A stretch of DNA of 64,000 nt from an uncultured virus (IMG/VR IMGVR_UViG_3300020577_001549) (Duplodnaviria; Heunggongvirae; Uroviricota; Caudoviricetes): the IMG/VR virus record IMGVR_UViG_3300020577_001549. One strand, given 5' to 3'. Of this stretch, positions 26,308 through 35,881 are shown in pieces; the stretch's first letter is position 1; every line of letters starts with the position of its first letter. Both the position numbers and the translations under genes were made by a program. The notes under the pieces were generated by a model. The model searched no databases and had not been told where the DNA came from. It saw nothing but the letters and a program-made list of their open reading frames with translations.

Positions 26308-27274
26308 TATGAGTTTGTGTTTGTGGTTCCATTGCCGCCAGTCGTCCTTGTTGAGTAGGTCCCTCAGTGGCTTCAGCGTCAGCCCCCCAGTCGAAGGCGT
26401 CGAGGATGGCGTCAACTTTTTGCTTGGTCTGGACTCGTGTGCTGTGTTCATCGCGCAGTTCTTTTGGTGTTACACCAGAGAGTAATTCCTCAACCTTACG
26501 CGCGGCTTGCGTCAGCGCAGGATCGTTCGTGACGTTCAGAGAACGGAGCAGGTCACACAGGTCGAGCGCACCAGTGACCATCGTGTCGTGGAATTTGCGG
26601 CCCTTGCCATCCTCCTCGATCACCAGACGGTCAGACAAGCGCAACAAGGCGGCGTGCAAGCGACTCCACGCATCTTGGTTGGCCTGTGCCAGCTTGGCCT
26701 CCATGCGGCGCTCGTACTGCGCGATCAGCTCACGCTGGACCTCACGCTCCACATCGAGGCGGAAGTCGCCAGCGGTGGGCAGCGGCGTGAAGCTCGACTC
26801 CATACGGAAGCGCCGCGCCACCTGTGCGCGGGTCAGGTACTCGTTGCGGTCGAACAGCGTGCCAAGCTGGAACGCGGCGGATGCCACCAGCGTGTCGTAC
26901 TTGTCGAGGAAGATGTCAACCAGTCGGTCGAACTCGTTGCGGTAGCGGCCCATGACCTGTTGGTACTCCAGCAGTGTGGCAGTGGGCAGCAGTCGTGCGC
27001 CTTGGTCATTCCACGGCAGCGTCAGGCGGTAGTGCTCGGCACGCACACGCGCTTGGAACTTGGTCAACGCATCGAGCTCTTTGCACTCAGCGAACAGGTT
27101 CTTGTACACGGACGCGGCCTTCTTGGAGCCTGACCCTTTGGCAGTGGTGACTTCGCCTTGCGTGGCCTTGTCCTGCTTGCGGCCGGAGTACACAGAGATG
27201 TGCAGGTCCACCATCATGGATGCACGGGCAACACCGGCAATGGTGTCGGGCTTGGTTTCAGTCATGTAGTTCAT
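26291..27274 (-). CDS. DUF3150-like protein
   Basis: TLPWNDQGARLLP, LGTLFDRNEY, LNVTNDP motifs; co-occurs with AAA and vWA genes. Confidence 0.6.
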   Translation of the reverse strand: MNYMTETKPDTIAGVARASMMVDLHISVYSGRKQDKATQGEVTTAKGSGSKKAASVYKNLFAECKELDALTKFQARVRAEHYRLTLPWNDQGARLLPTATLLEYQQVMGRYRNEFDRLVDIFLDKYDTLVASAAFQLGTLFDRNEYLTRAQVARRFRMESSFTPLPTAGDFRLDVEREVQRELIAQYERRMEAKLAQANQDAWSRLHAALLRLSDRLVIEEDGKGRKFHDTMVTGALDLCDLLRSLNVTNDPALTQAARKVEELLSGVTPKELRDEHSTRVQTKQKVDAILDAFDWGADAEATEGPTQQGRLAAMEPQTQTHNATNT

Positions 27275-27285
27275 TTCTTTTAACC

Positions 27286-27555
27286 TTAAAAGTTTGGTTC
27301 GTCTTTGTTGATCATCGCTGTCAGTTTGATGGCCTCCACAAAGTCGTCGGCCACACACTGGATACTCAGCCACTCATGCGGCTGCTTGACTTCAATGGTG
27401 GGGACATACGACTTCTGGTAGCCCTGCGAGCCTTTGCCGGTGCCCACATGGTGTTCACCAAGCTGCTCCGCGTCCTGCACGACGGTCATCAGCGTGTCCA
27501 GTTGTTGTTGAGTCAGCAGAAGCATTCTGCCGCCTATCGAAATTTGAAATCTCAT
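27286..27555 (-). CDS. Hypothetical protein
   Basis: GAGGAG RBS; stop codon lies inside a palindrome copy. Confidence 0.65.
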   Translation of the reverse strand: MRFQISIGGRMLLLTQQQLDTLMTVVQDAEQLGEHHVGTGKGSQGYQKSYVPTIEVKQPHEWLSIQCVADDFVEAIKLTAMINKDEPNF

Positions 27556-28199
27556 GCTTCGCACTCCTCGGCTTCAAGTTCAAAAGTTACGTCATTGCAT
27601 TCGCACGACTCGATGAACGATTCCTCGCTCGTCAGGTGCTCGTACTCATCCCGCAGATCGCGGTAGAGTTGGTGGGATATGTTGTCCACATACGCTTGCA
27701 GTTCGCGCTCAATGTCAGAGGCATCCAACTGCGCTTGCACCAGTTCATCCCACGCCTCTTGGTCGAGGTGCCGGAAGATTCCAGACGGGCTCGTGTTGCC
27801 AGAGAGGCCGTAGTAGTCCATGTTCACTGACGCCCCGCACGATCTGTGGTTTGTCTCAATCTTCACTTGGCACCCGTAGTCCTGCACCGCAAGGTACAGG
27901 GCTGGGTACTTCTCAGCAAAGGTCGGCGTGTCATCGGTCAGTGGGCCGTCCTTGCAAGCCGCCATCCACTCGTCCAGAGTGGCGTACCCACTGAACGTGG
28001 CGTAGTCGCCTTGGCTGTACGACAAGCGGAAATGAAGGCTGTCAACGCGCACACCGGCGGGCTTGAGCTGTTCCTTCAATTGTTCCTCCACGTAGTCCCA
28101 CCAGTCGTAGTCGCAGGCGTACTCACACCATTTTGAATACTCCTTCTGGAACTTGGCCGGGTCGGCGGTTTGAAGCTCTTGGGCGGTAACGACTCGCAT
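27552..28199 (-). CDS. Acidic/aromatic phage early protein
   Basis: YSQGD-A-F and LYRDLRDEYEHLTSEE motifs; AAGGAG RBS. Confidence 0.7.
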   Translation of the reverse strand: MRVVTAQELQTADPAKFQKEYSKWCEYACDYDWWDYVEEQLKEQLKPAGVRVDSLHFRLSYSQGDYATFSGYATLDEWMAACKDGPLTDDTPTFAEKYPALYLAVQDYGCQVKIETNHRSCGASVNMDYYGLSGNTSPSGIFRHLDQEAWDELVQAQLDASDIERELQAYVDNISHQLYRDLRDEYEHLTSEESFIESCECNDVTFELEAEECEA

Positions 28200-28431
28200 C
28201 GTCGTACTCCTTAAAGTGAATGTTGATGTGGACCATGGCGATGGCCTTGGCGGCTTCCAATTCATTGATGCCAGTAGCTATGTGTTCGCCAGCTTTGTTG
28301 GCCTTGTACACGCTCACCTGCCACCCGCTGAAGTGGGATATGCGAGCGAGCGTCATTTCGCGCGTCCTGTGGGTGAAGATGTAGACGTCAAAGCCTTCTT
28401 CTCGCCACTCGAAGTCTTCGATGCGGTTCAT
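28123..28431 (-). CDS. Hypothetical protein (W...LEAAK paralog family)
   Basis: FEW N-terminus, ELEAAKAIA helix. Confidence 0.6.
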   Translation of the reverse strand: MNRIEDFEWREEGFDVYIFTHRTREMTLARISHFSGWQVSVYKANKAGEHIATGINELEAAKAIAMVHINIHFKEYDDASRYRPRASNRRPGQVPEGVFKMV

Positions 28432-28826
28432 ACATTGCAGTCAACCGACCGGCTCACGTGCAAGTAATACTGATTGTTCTCACCAGTGCGGCGTTGCTCG
28501 GTGTCGTCATCGTCTTCTCCGATACGGATGTACTCGGTGCAGTACCCCTCAATCTCGTGGTGGAACGCCTGCATCATCTTGTGGAACAACTTCACATCGG
28601 CGTAGCTCTCGTACCACTTCACATCAGGGAGGTCGAACTTCAACACACGGTCCGAGTCCATCCACGTCATGAACCCCGCAAACCCCTCGACCCCTGCTGT
28701 GCCCTCAACCGTGGACTTGAACGTCGTGGCCATCAACACTTTGAGCTGGTCATACAACTCCTGCAACCGGGCAGTGTCCTCGGCGTCTGGGTACACCAGC
28801 GCCATTACGTGTGATCTGTATCCCAT
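28428..28826 (-). CDS. Hypothetical protein (MGYRS...VKWY...RIGED)
   Basis: Conserved-looking motifs; GGAG RBS. Confidence 0.7.
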   Translation of the reverse strand: MGYRSHVMALVYPDAEDTARLQELYDQLKVLMATTFKSTVEGTAGVEGFAGFMTWMDSDRVLKFDLPDVKWYESYADVKLFHKMMQAFHHEIEGYCTEYIRIGEDDDDTEQRRTGENNQYYLHVSRSVDCNV

Positions 28827-28827
28827 G

Positions 28828-29136
28828 TCATTTCTCCGTCAAGACCAGCACTGTGCTGATCGCATCAATCAAAGCCTCGCCCGGCTGGACGATGTACACC
28901 TCATGCCGGTGATCGTCAGGCCCATTGGGGTTGTACTTGTGCTTGGTGAACTGGATGTAGCTGCCGTTCATCGCCTCACAGACCACGAACGTCTTGGTCA
29001 GAGTGCGGTTGTCCCGCTCGATCTCTCCATGTGGTGAGGTTACGCGGTTCACACGCTGATCCTTCGTGTACTCCTCCAACGAGTTCATCAGGTCACGGCC
29101 AAGCAAAAGTCGGCACATCAAATTTTTCAATCCCAT
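28828..29136 (-). CDS. Hypothetical protein
   Basis: Coupled ORF. Confidence 0.65.
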   Translation of the reverse strand: MGLKNLMCRLLLGRDLMNSLEEYTKDQRVNRVTSPHGEIERDNRTLTKTFVVCEAMNGSYIQFTKHKYNPNGPDDHRHEVYIVQPGEALIDAISTVLVLTEK

Positions 29137-29264
29137 TACGCTCTCCAAACAAAAATATCAAACATCACAACGACCAAGCAGGTGGCGAACACCACTGCCT
29201 CGATCACGTCAACCCACGACTTGCGCCGTGTGGGTACAGGCTTCGCAGGGCCTGTGTACTTCAC
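29136..29264 (-). CDS. Small membrane peptide (42 aa)
   Basis: GTG start; hydrophobic VIEAVVFATCLVVVMFDIFVW. Confidence 0.5.
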   Translation of the reverse strand: MKYTGPAKPVPTRRKSWVDVIEAVVFATCLVVVMFDIFVWRA

Positions 29265-29584
29265 TTGAATCCGTCCCATATATTGTTCCTTTCTTCCGGT
29301 GTTGCGGACATCCATGCCACGGTGAATCGCTTGCGCATTTCACGCATACCAGCCAGTCGGCTTTTGAACGCCATGCCGTCAAGCTCGCGCCAGTACGGGT
29401 GGTCATCAAACTCATGGGTGTGGGTACGCCACACAGCTGTATGCGCCCCGCGTCTGATGTACCCAACGTAGCTGTACGGTCTACCCCCATCTGGCGCGGG
29501 GTCGCCAAACGCCCAGAGTTCTTTCGTGAGAACTTCTGGGCCAAGGACTATTTTTGACGGGTCATCTTTCCATTCGAGTTTCAT
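29261..29584 (-). CDS. Hypothetical protein (MKLEW...)
   Basis: Coupled ORF. Confidence 0.65.
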   Translation of the reverse strand: MKLEWKDDPSKIVLGPEVLTKELWAFGDPAPDGGRPYSYVGYIRRGAHTAVWRTHTHEFDDHPYWRELDGMAFKSRLAGMREMRKRFTVAWMSATPEERNNIWDGFK

Positions 29585-29835
29585 TTGTACCCTTCTTGCA
29601 TTACGGCCCGGGCCATGATGCGGCCCACTGATTTCGCGTCTTCGAGTGTGTCAAAGACGGCGTGCGGTTCCCAAGTGTTTCGCCATAGGTCGAGGTAAAA
29701 CTTGTTGTCCTCCTTGGTTGTGATCCACGCCCATGGGGCTCTGGCTTTGCTTGTGTCGCACAACGTCCACGAACGCCAACCGTCGTTGCTGAAGTCAGTC
29801 TGTGGGCGGCACCATTCGGCTTCGAGATCGTCCAT
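29581..29835 (-). CDS. Hypothetical protein (W...TLEDAK paralog family)
   Basis: FDTLEDAK motif. Confidence 0.65.
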   Translation of the reverse strand: MDDLEAEWCRPQTDFSNDGWRSWTLCDTSKARAPWAWITTKEDNKFYLDLWRNTWEPHAVFDTLEDAKSVGRIMARAVMQEGYK

Positions 29836-29854
29836 AGTTTTAACCTTAAAAGAT

Positions 29855-31045
29855 TCACACCTCGACCTTGATGGTTGTGCCCCATGGGGATTGCAAGTCA
29901 GAGGTCACGGCCCACAGCGTGGGCACATCAGAGCGGCCCCAGCTTCCGACGTAGCCGTCAGTGAATTGCACGATGGCTTGTGGGTTGATGTGCTTGCCGC
30001 GCAGGTAGTCGAACAGCACAGCGCCGTCAGTGCCGCCACCACCCTTGATCTTGAGGGCTTGCACTGCGAATTGACCATCCTCGAATATTTGGTGGCCAGC
30101 AATGTCAGTGTCCCAATAGATCACATGCACTTTGCTTGGCTTGACGTCTTCGATGATAGTTTTGATCTCGGACACGAACCGTGTCATTTCGTTGCCGCCG
30201 AAGATCGAGCCCGATGTGTCGAAGCCGATCACCAGCTCAGTCATCGTGGTGCCCACCATTGTCGGCATGTAAATGTCCATGCCGAGGTAGCGGCGGTTGG
30301 GCTTGCGCCACGAGGACTCATCACGGCCAGAGCAAGTCTCAGTGATGAACTCGCGCAGCACTTGCTTCCAGTCGATGGCGGGGGCCAGCAGGTCACCGAA
30401 GATACCGTCCTCGGCACCCGCACCCTTACCGGCCAGCTTCTTGCGCAACATCTCGCCTTGGCGAATGGCGCGTTGAATCTCGTTGGCTTGCTCTTGCTCT
30501 GCGGCAGGGTCGCCGTTGGATTCGTTGCCGTCCCAATCGTGCTCGTCAAGGCCACCTCCACCTTGGCCAGCTTCACCTCGGCCGTCTCCGCCACCGCCGT
30601 CTTGCTGCATCTGTTGCTTGAGGTCAGCGTAGATCATCTGCACAGACCAGCCACGATACTTGGGGTCGGGCTGCACGCCGAGCTTTGGCATCTTGATGAA
30701 GCCGTCGCCAGCGTCAGTGTCTTGTAGGTGCAGGTTCACGAAGAAGTCAGCAGCGACGTTGGCAAGGCGAGGATTCTCCTCGTGCAGGGCACGCCATACG
30801 ACCATGTGCCGATACGCTTTGTGCGTTGCTTCGTGCAGGACGAGGAAGCGCAACTCGGGGTCGGTGCTCATGTTCTCCTCGATGAACTTGGGGTTGTAGC
30901 GCACATCCCAGCCGTCTGTTGCGGCGGTAGGCACAGAGTCATCGACGATCACTTTGCCACAGGCAAGGACGCCAGAAAAGGCACAGAACTTCTTGTGCTG
31001 CATGATGGCAATGTGTGCCTTCTTGATACGGTCAGCGACATTCAT
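29855..31045 (-). CDS. Metallopeptidase plus vWA-like domain protein (DUF2201-type)
   Basis: PTAATDG, HEATH (HExxH), MIDAS DTSGS, GGGGTD, FTDGY. Confidence 0.9.
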   Translation of the reverse strand: MNVADRIKKAHIAIMQHKKFCAFSGVLACGKVIVDDSVPTAATDGWDVRYNPKFIEENMSTDPELRFLVLHEATHKAYRHMVVWRALHEENPRLANVAADFFVNLHLQDTDAGDGFIKMPKLGVQPDPKYRGWSVQMIYADLKQQMQQDGGGGDGRGEAGQGGGGLDEHDWDGNESNGDPAAEQEQANEIQRAIRQGEMLRKKLAGKGAGAEDGIFGDLLAPAIDWKQVLREFITETCSGRDESSWRKPNRRYLGMDIYMPTMVGTTMTELVIGFDTSGSIFGGNEMTRFVSEIKTIIEDVKPSKVHVIYWDTDIAGHQIFEDGQFAVQALKIKGGGGTDGAVLFDYLRGKHINPQAIVQFTDGYVGSWGRSDVPTLWAVTSDLQSPWGTTIKVEV

Positions 31046-31069
31046 GGTGGTTCTCCAAAAGTTTTAAGG

Positions 31070-31624
31070 TTAAAAGTTGATGCGGAAGGGTTTGATGCTG
31101 TCGAGCCTGTCGGCCAGCGCGTTGTGCTCGTTGACCAGCTCCGGTGACCGACATGCTGACACGAGTTCCGCGATCTGTTTGTGGATGGTCGGTTGGTAGA
31201 TGCTCATGTGGATGCGGTGACGCTCGTTGAGAGCCGCAAGGATGCGGTCGTATCGCTCGTGGGTGAACTTGGCACTGCTGGAGTCAACATTGGCCAGCTC
31301 AACCATGCGTGCCGCGCAGATCAGCTCAGTGATTTGCTCACGCGCACTTGCTGTCAGCACACAAGGGGCAAACCCCACACCCCAGCTTGTCCATGTAGCC
31401 CATGCTTTGTGTGTGCTGTCGTCCAGCACTTGCTCAGCCAGCACTTGCTCAGCCAGTAGGCGAGATTGGCTACGGTAGCCTCCATGCAGAACGCCATTGC
31501 GCAGCATCTTCTGCGCTACGCTCTTGACGCGCTTGGAAATTTTTGTTGGGTCGATGGTGGCGGTCACTTGCAATCCGGGCAGGTGCCGAATCTTGCGAAC
31601 CATGTCAAATGCGTTGCTACTCAT
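31070..31624 (-). CDS. Hypothetical protein
   Basis: 184 aa; short tandem LAEQV duplication; stop inside a palindrome copy. Confidence 0.65.
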   Translation of the reverse strand: MSSNAFDMVRKIRHLPGLQVTATIDPTKISKRVKSVAQKMLRNGVLHGGYRSQSRLLAEQVLAEQVLDDSTHKAWATWTSWGVGFAPCVLTASAREQITELICAARMVELANVDSSSAKFTHERYDRILAALNERHRIHMSIYQPTIHKQIAELVSACRSPELVNEHNALADRLDSIKPFRINF

Positions 31625-31635
31625 GATAGTTGCCT

Positions 31636-31815
31636 TTACCGGCAGTTGTTGTAGATGGGGCGCTTGACCAAGAGGGCGTTCTGCACCTTCTCCATGTCTC
31701 GCGTGTTAACGAAGTTCTTGTTGGGGTTGTAGGCGCGGCCAATGCGATTGGGGTGCCAGTCCTTCTTGATCTTGATGATGTTCTTACCGTTGGATTGTTG
31801 TTCGATGATTAGCAT
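31636..31815 (-). CDS. Hypothetical protein
   Basis: GAGG RBS; RIGRAY...MEKVQNALL. Confidence 0.6.
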   Translation of the reverse strand: MLIIEQQSNGKNIIKIKKDWHPNRIGRAYNPNKNFVNTRDMEKVQNALLVKRPIYNNCR

Positions 31816-31964
31816 GTGATACCTCTTTGGTTCATTACGTCGAGCGCGATTTGCGCATAGGTGGTGCGGCGTGCAAGCGATTCTTTGGCGTACACGTTTC
31901 GCAGTTGGTCGTCCGTGCATTGCTCGCAATAGAGACGGAACTCGGCCTTGTCTTTCTTGGTCAT
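31809..31964 (-). CDS. Hypothetical protein (51 aa)
   Basis: MTKKDKAEF... read manually; GAGGAG RBS. Confidence 0.55.
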   Translation of the reverse strand: MTKKDKAEFRLYCEQCTDDQLRNVYAKESLARRTTYAQIALDVMNQRGITC

Positions 31965-32341
31965 TTCAGCTCCTCGGGTACGTCAACGTCATTGCCCAGC
32001 TTGCTGGCCACGTAGCAGCGCATTGCTGCGATAAGTGGTGTGGGGCCATCGGCAAACATGGCATCGTCATAGCCAGTATTGTCAGCGCACCATTTTTTGA
32101 TTTTGCCTTTCACATTACGTTCGGGCCATGTATTGATGCCTTCTCGATCAATGATCGGCCCGCCTTCTGACCAGTTGGTTGAGCTACGCGTCCAATGGAC
32201 ATCCCCGTCTCGCATATCCATGAAGTGCTTCGCACCTGCGGCAGTCGCCCAATACTCGGGCTGCTCATCAAAGTACCCTTGACACTTAGCCACCGCCCAG
32301 TCAAGGGCGGCGCGGGTCATTTCATTGGTTTGAATTTTCAT
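31961..32341 (-). CDS. NinX/DUF2591-like protein
   Basis: ALDWAVA, STNWSEGGPIIDRE, GPTPLIAAMRCYV. Confidence 0.75.
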   Translation of the reverse strand: MKIQTNEMTRAALDWAVAKCQGYFDEQPEYWATAAGAKHFMDMRDGDVHWTRSSTNWSEGGPIIDREGINTWPERNVKGKIKKWCADNTGYDDAMFADGPTPLIAAMRCYVASKLGNDVDVPEELK

Positions 32342-32490
32342 TTCGTAATCCTCAGTTTCATGCAGTACATGGCCGCGTACAGCCTCGCGCATTGCTCGAA
32401 CTTCACCACGTCAGTGACAAGAGCGAGTGGCATCATGGCCTCCATTTCTTGCAGGGCCTTGTTGATGTTGGGCATTCTGGTGTCGATCAT
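32338..32490 (-). CDS. Hypothetical protein (50 aa)
   Basis: GGAGG RBS; ATGA overlaps. Confidence 0.5.
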   Translation of the reverse strand: MIDTRMPNINKALQEMEAMMPLALVTDVVKFEQCARLYAAMYCMKLRITK

Positions 32491-32723
32491 GGATGCCTCC
32501 GCACAACTTCCCAGCCATTTTCCTCAAGCGTCTGCCGCATGGCGTCTTGCATGAGCCCAGCGCCCTTGTCCATGCCCGCCCTGTACGCGAGCATGTCGAT
32601 GCAGAACGTCATCATCACGATGTAGGCAAACACCCACAGGTTGGGTTCAGGAAGGAAGGTGAAGTACACCCACGTCAAGCCGACGTAGGCGGACACGACG
32701 AACAGATCAAGTTGAAATTTCAT
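32487..32723 (-). CDS. Small two-TM membrane protein
   Basis: Two hydrophobic segments. Confidence 0.65.
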   Translation of the reverse strand: MKFQLDLFVVSAYVGLTWVYFTFLPEPNLWVFAYIVMMTFCIDMLAYRAGMDKGAGLMQDAMRQTLEENGWEVVRRHP

Positions 32724-32952
32724 ACGGATACCCTAAGAGTTTCATGAGGCCGATGACCTCGGATTTGGCGATGTTGTATGCGATGATCTCGTCTGTGGTG
32801 TACGAGATATAGTTGTTTGCGTCTCTTGGGTGAAACCAATACACGCGCAGTGCCCAGCGCCACGGTGCCCACCACAATCGGATGGGCGTGGCGGCGTAGA
32901 TGTCATGCGACATGGGGAACATGTACATGTCCCCCGAGCGAAGCGGTTTCAA
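32707..32952 (-). CDS. Hypothetical protein
   Basis: Fills the gap; start uncertain. Confidence 0.55.
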   Translation of the reverse strand: MKPLRSGDMYMFPMSHDIYAATPIRLWWAPWRWALRVYWFHPRDANNYISYTTDEIIAYNIAKSEVIGLMKLLGYPYEIST

Positions 32953-32961
32953 CTTTTAACC

Positions 32962-34029
32962 TTAAAAGTATTTGCCCAGCTTGGCGGCTGCCGCTGTGAA
33001 CTTGCGGTTACTGCACGCCATCGACACCTTGGCTTTGTTGGATGCCAGTGCAGTGATGAACAGCGCGTAGGCCTCGAACGATGACTCGCTCACACGATCA
33101 GCGTAGGTCATGACAGGGTCGAGGTTGCCAGCATCGACACGGCCAGCCAGCATGAAGGCGAGGATGAACAGTGAGCCGACGCTGGTGGGCACCTTGGTCT
33201 TGGTTGGGTCTTTGACGATTGTCTCGAACAGCGGCAACTGGTCGGCCAGATGCACCAGAGCCTCCATGTCACGAGCAGCAGACTCGCCCAACGTGCCAGC
33301 CAGTGCTGGCAGCAAGGCAGTGCCGAGCACGTCACGATTGGACACGATGTTCGATGCCTTGGCCAAAGAGCGAGGCGAGCAGAAGGCACGCACGTTGCCG
33401 GTCAATGGGTTGAAGATGTAGGGGTTCTTGTCGCCTTTGGCGAGGTCAGCGTACGAGTCGAACACCTGTGGGTACTGCTTGGCGAAGGCCATCACCTCGG
33501 GGGCGATGTTGGCACCCGATGCCCACGACAGCCACTCGTCGCTGGTTGGGTTGGCCACAGTCACGACGGTCATACGGTTGAACGCATGGGCAGGGATGTT
33601 GTCACCCACGCCGTCCGTTTCAAGGTTGGTTGTGCCGAACACAATCGAGCCGGTGGGCAGGGGTACGTCACCGATGCGGTGTTCGAGGATGACAGGCAAC
33701 AGCATGTTGAGCACAGGGCGGCTAGCTTTGCCCAGCTCGTCGAGCATCAGCACGACAGGGCGGGTCTGGTCACGGCCCACACCGAAGCGCACGTTGGGTG
33801 CGTAGCTGGTGGTCATTGCGTCCTTGTCGATGACAGGCATACCCAAGTCACCGAGGTCAAGGTTGGCCACGTCGATGTAGCACACTTGGTAGTCAGGCAG
33901 TTCACGCTCAAGCGTCTGCAAGATAGAGGACTTGCCGATGCCGGGCTGGCCGCGCAAGAGCAGAGTGTTGGTGGTGCCGATGTTGCGGATCAAAGTTGCG
34001 GCTTGGGTCAGGTTGATAGACAGAGACAT
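32962..34029 (-). CDS. MoxR/CbbQ-type AAA+ ATPase
   Basis: GQPGIGKS, LMLDE, SPRS sensor; partner vWA gene nearby. Confidence 0.9.
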   Translation of the reverse strand: MSLSINLTQAATLIRNIGTTNTLLLRGQPGIGKSSILQTLERELPDYQVCYIDVANLDLGDLGMPVIDKDAMTTSYAPNVRFGVGRDQTRPVVLMLDELGKASRPVLNMLLPVILEHRIGDVPLPTGSIVFGTTNLETDGVGDNIPAHAFNRMTVVTVANPTSDEWLSWASGANIAPEVMAFAKQYPQVFDSYADLAKGDKNPYIFNPLTGNVRAFCSPRSLAKASNIVSNRDVLGTALLPALAGTLGESAARDMEALVHLADQLPLFETIVKDPTKTKVPTSVGSLFILAFMLAGRVDAGNLDPVMTYADRVSESSFEAYALFITALASNKAKVSMACSNRKFTAAAAKLGKYF

Positions 34030-34081
34030 GATGATTTCCTATGAGAAGTTTTAAGATTAAAAGAATGGACTTGCGTCCGGC

Positions 34082-34813
34082 TTACAAGACAGTCACGTCG
34101 ATATTGACGATCTTTGTCATTGTTCTGGTGTGGCTTGCAATGAGTGCTTTCAATGCAGCCTTGTGATCTTCGTGTGTGGGCACCGCCTTGCTGCGGGCAG
34201 CCCATGTTTTGTACTTGGCGTGGGCTACGATGGCCGGCCAGTTGTGCGCCATGTGCTCGCTGCACATGGACTCGCGCTCTTTGGAAACCCAACCCTGCTC
34301 AGGTGTAGCCGCTTCGTAGAGCACGGGGAACACGCCGACGAAACCTGACTCCTTGATTTCCTTGCGGAACTCGGCAGTCTCCTCGCGGTCGGTGCGCTTG
34401 GCAGAGAACGAAATAGGATCGCCCCACATCGAGCCATCTGCGTCAAACATCATCTGGTCGTAGTACCGATACGTGTTGCCAGCGAGGTGGATTGCGGTCT
34501 GCGAGAACCCGCCGATGCGCTTGCTGTACAGGAACCCACGATGGCCGGTGAACCCCAGTGCAATGGTCATCGCCTTGCGAGTTGTTGGTGATGAGTGCCA
34601 TCCATTGGTGTCGAGCACGATGTGCCCATCTTCATAGGCACTGAGGATGTCAGTGCCGTGAAAGCGCACGATCATTTGCCCGCCGTTGCCTCGGATGACA
34701 CGGAAGTTTGTCTTGGCCCGGCGTGATGCGTCAGCCGGTGCATCGCCTTTGTTGCGGCCACGTTTGTAAGCGTAGCGGTCGAGGTGTTGTTTGAGCTTGA
34801 TGTAAGCGCTCAT
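34082..34813 (-). CDS. Hypothetical early protein (243 aa)
   Basis: HGTDI, LDTNGW-S-TT motif; AAGGAG RBS. Confidence 0.75.
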   Translation of the reverse strand: MSAYIKLKQHLDRYAYKRGRNKGDAPADASRRAKTNFRVIRGNGGQMIVRFHGTDILSAYEDGHIVLDTNGWHSSPTTRKAMTIALGFTGHRGFLYSKRIGGFSQTAIHLAGNTYRYYDQMMFDADGSMWGDPISFSAKRTDREETAEFRKEIKESGFVGVFPVLYEAATPEQGWVSKERESMCSEHMAHNWPAIVAHAKYKTWAARSKAVPTHEDHKAALKALIASHTRTMTKIVNIDVTVL

Positions 34814-35058
34814 GATAGTTCTCCTTGGGGTTTGTCAATCGTTGCGATGAGCTTGGCGGCTTCCACCATTGCTTGGATCATGATGTGCAGGTCTTGCAAT
34901 TCTTTATTGGCAGTCAGCAAGATGTTGACTGCGCTCTCTTTGGCCATGCCCTCAAATACGAGGGCTACGGCTTCGGGCTTGCGCTTGAGTAGCTTGCGAA
35001 TGACGGGCAGTGCCTGCCGTTCCTCGTATGTGAGGGCGATGTTAGGGGTAGGGGTCAT
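34810..35058 (-). CDS. Hypothetical protein
   Basis: ATGA overlaps. Confidence 0.6.
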   Translation of the reverse strand: MTPTPNIALTYEERQALPVIRKLLKRKPEAVALVFEGMAKESAVNILLTANKELQDLHIMIQAMVEAAKLIATIDKPQGELS

Positions 35059-35162
35059 ACGAAGTACCATCCTTTCGGTTTTCTGTTTCTCGGCCCGTTG
35101 AACTCGCATGTCTCACGGAACCCAGTGCGCGGGCATCGCCGCCAAATCGTGTAGGTCGTCAT
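35055..35162 (-). CDS. Hypothetical peptide (35 aa)
   Basis: MTTYTIWRRCPRTG... starting 2 nt after a palindrome copy. Confidence 0.45.
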   Translation of the reverse strand: MTTYTIWRRCPRTGFRETCEFNGPRNRKPKGWYFV

Positions 35163-35172
35163 ACTTTTAACC

Positions 35173-35376
35173 TTAAAGCTTTGCGCCGTACACTGAATGC
35201 ACGACAGGGCGTGTGGGTCTGTCTACTGTGCCCACCACTTGCGTGATGACGAAATCATCGGCGGGGCTCTTGGCGAACAGCTCCGTGAGCCGTCCCATGA
35301 TGGTGCCGTAGTCGCTTGCATAGCAGACAGCTTTGCCGCCTTGCAGCAGAATAAATTCTCCGTGTCTGTGGGTCAT
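35173..35376 (-). CDS. Hypothetical protein
   Basis: GGAGG RBS; stop inside a palindrome copy. Confidence 0.6.
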   Translation of the reverse strand: MTHRHGEFILLQGGKAVCYASDYGTIMGRLTELFAKSPADDFVITQVVGTVDRPTRPVVHSVYGAKL

Positions 35377-35585
35377 GTCAGCCCTCCTTTGTGTGATGAG
35401 TTGAGTCCCTTGAGTAGAGACAGGTCGGTGAACAGCATGTAGTTGCTCTTGGGAATAAGCGCCACGGTGTGCTTGACCTTCTTGGCTTGCTGCTCACCGC
35501 ACGTCAGGCATGTGCGATACCCGAGGCGGTAACGCTGGATGGGTATGTCCTCGATGTGGCATACGGGGCATGTTGGGTCAGTCAT
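35373..35585 (-). CDS. DksA/TraR-like C4 zinc-finger protein
   Basis: CPVC-x16-CLTC with IPIQR; GGAG RBS. Confidence 0.7.
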   Translation of the reverse strand: MTDPTCPVCHIEDIPIQRYRLGYRTCLTCGEQQAKKVKHTVALIPKSNYMLFTDLSLLKGLNSSHKGGLT

Positions 35586-35881
35586 TCTTGATTCTCCAGT
35601 TTGATTAAAAGAACGGCCATTCGCATGGCCTCGCGCACTGTGGCGAACGCAGCGGATTGGCCGGTCGCGATAGATCGATACACCCACCGATTCCCTTTCG
35701 AGGCCTTGTAGATGCGGGCAGCGACTTCCCACCCGTTTTGAACCCGGTGTTTTGCGCCGCTACGCAGCGTGATGTCTTTGGTCACCCAGCGGTACAGGAT
35801 GAAGCTTTCACCCCTTGCAGGGTTGGTGCGCCATTGGTACGCGCCTTGCTTCTTGGCTCGGGCAATGTCACGGCTACTCAT
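35582..35881 (-). CDS. Hypothetical protein (paralog family, FATVREAM)
   Basis: YQW near the N-terminus; C-terminal helix motif. Confidence 0.6.
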   Translation of the reverse strand: MSSRDIARAKKQGAYQWRTNPARGESFILYRWVTKDITLRSGAKHRVQNGWEVAARIYKASKGNRWVYRSIATGQSAAFATVREAMRMAVLLIKLENQE

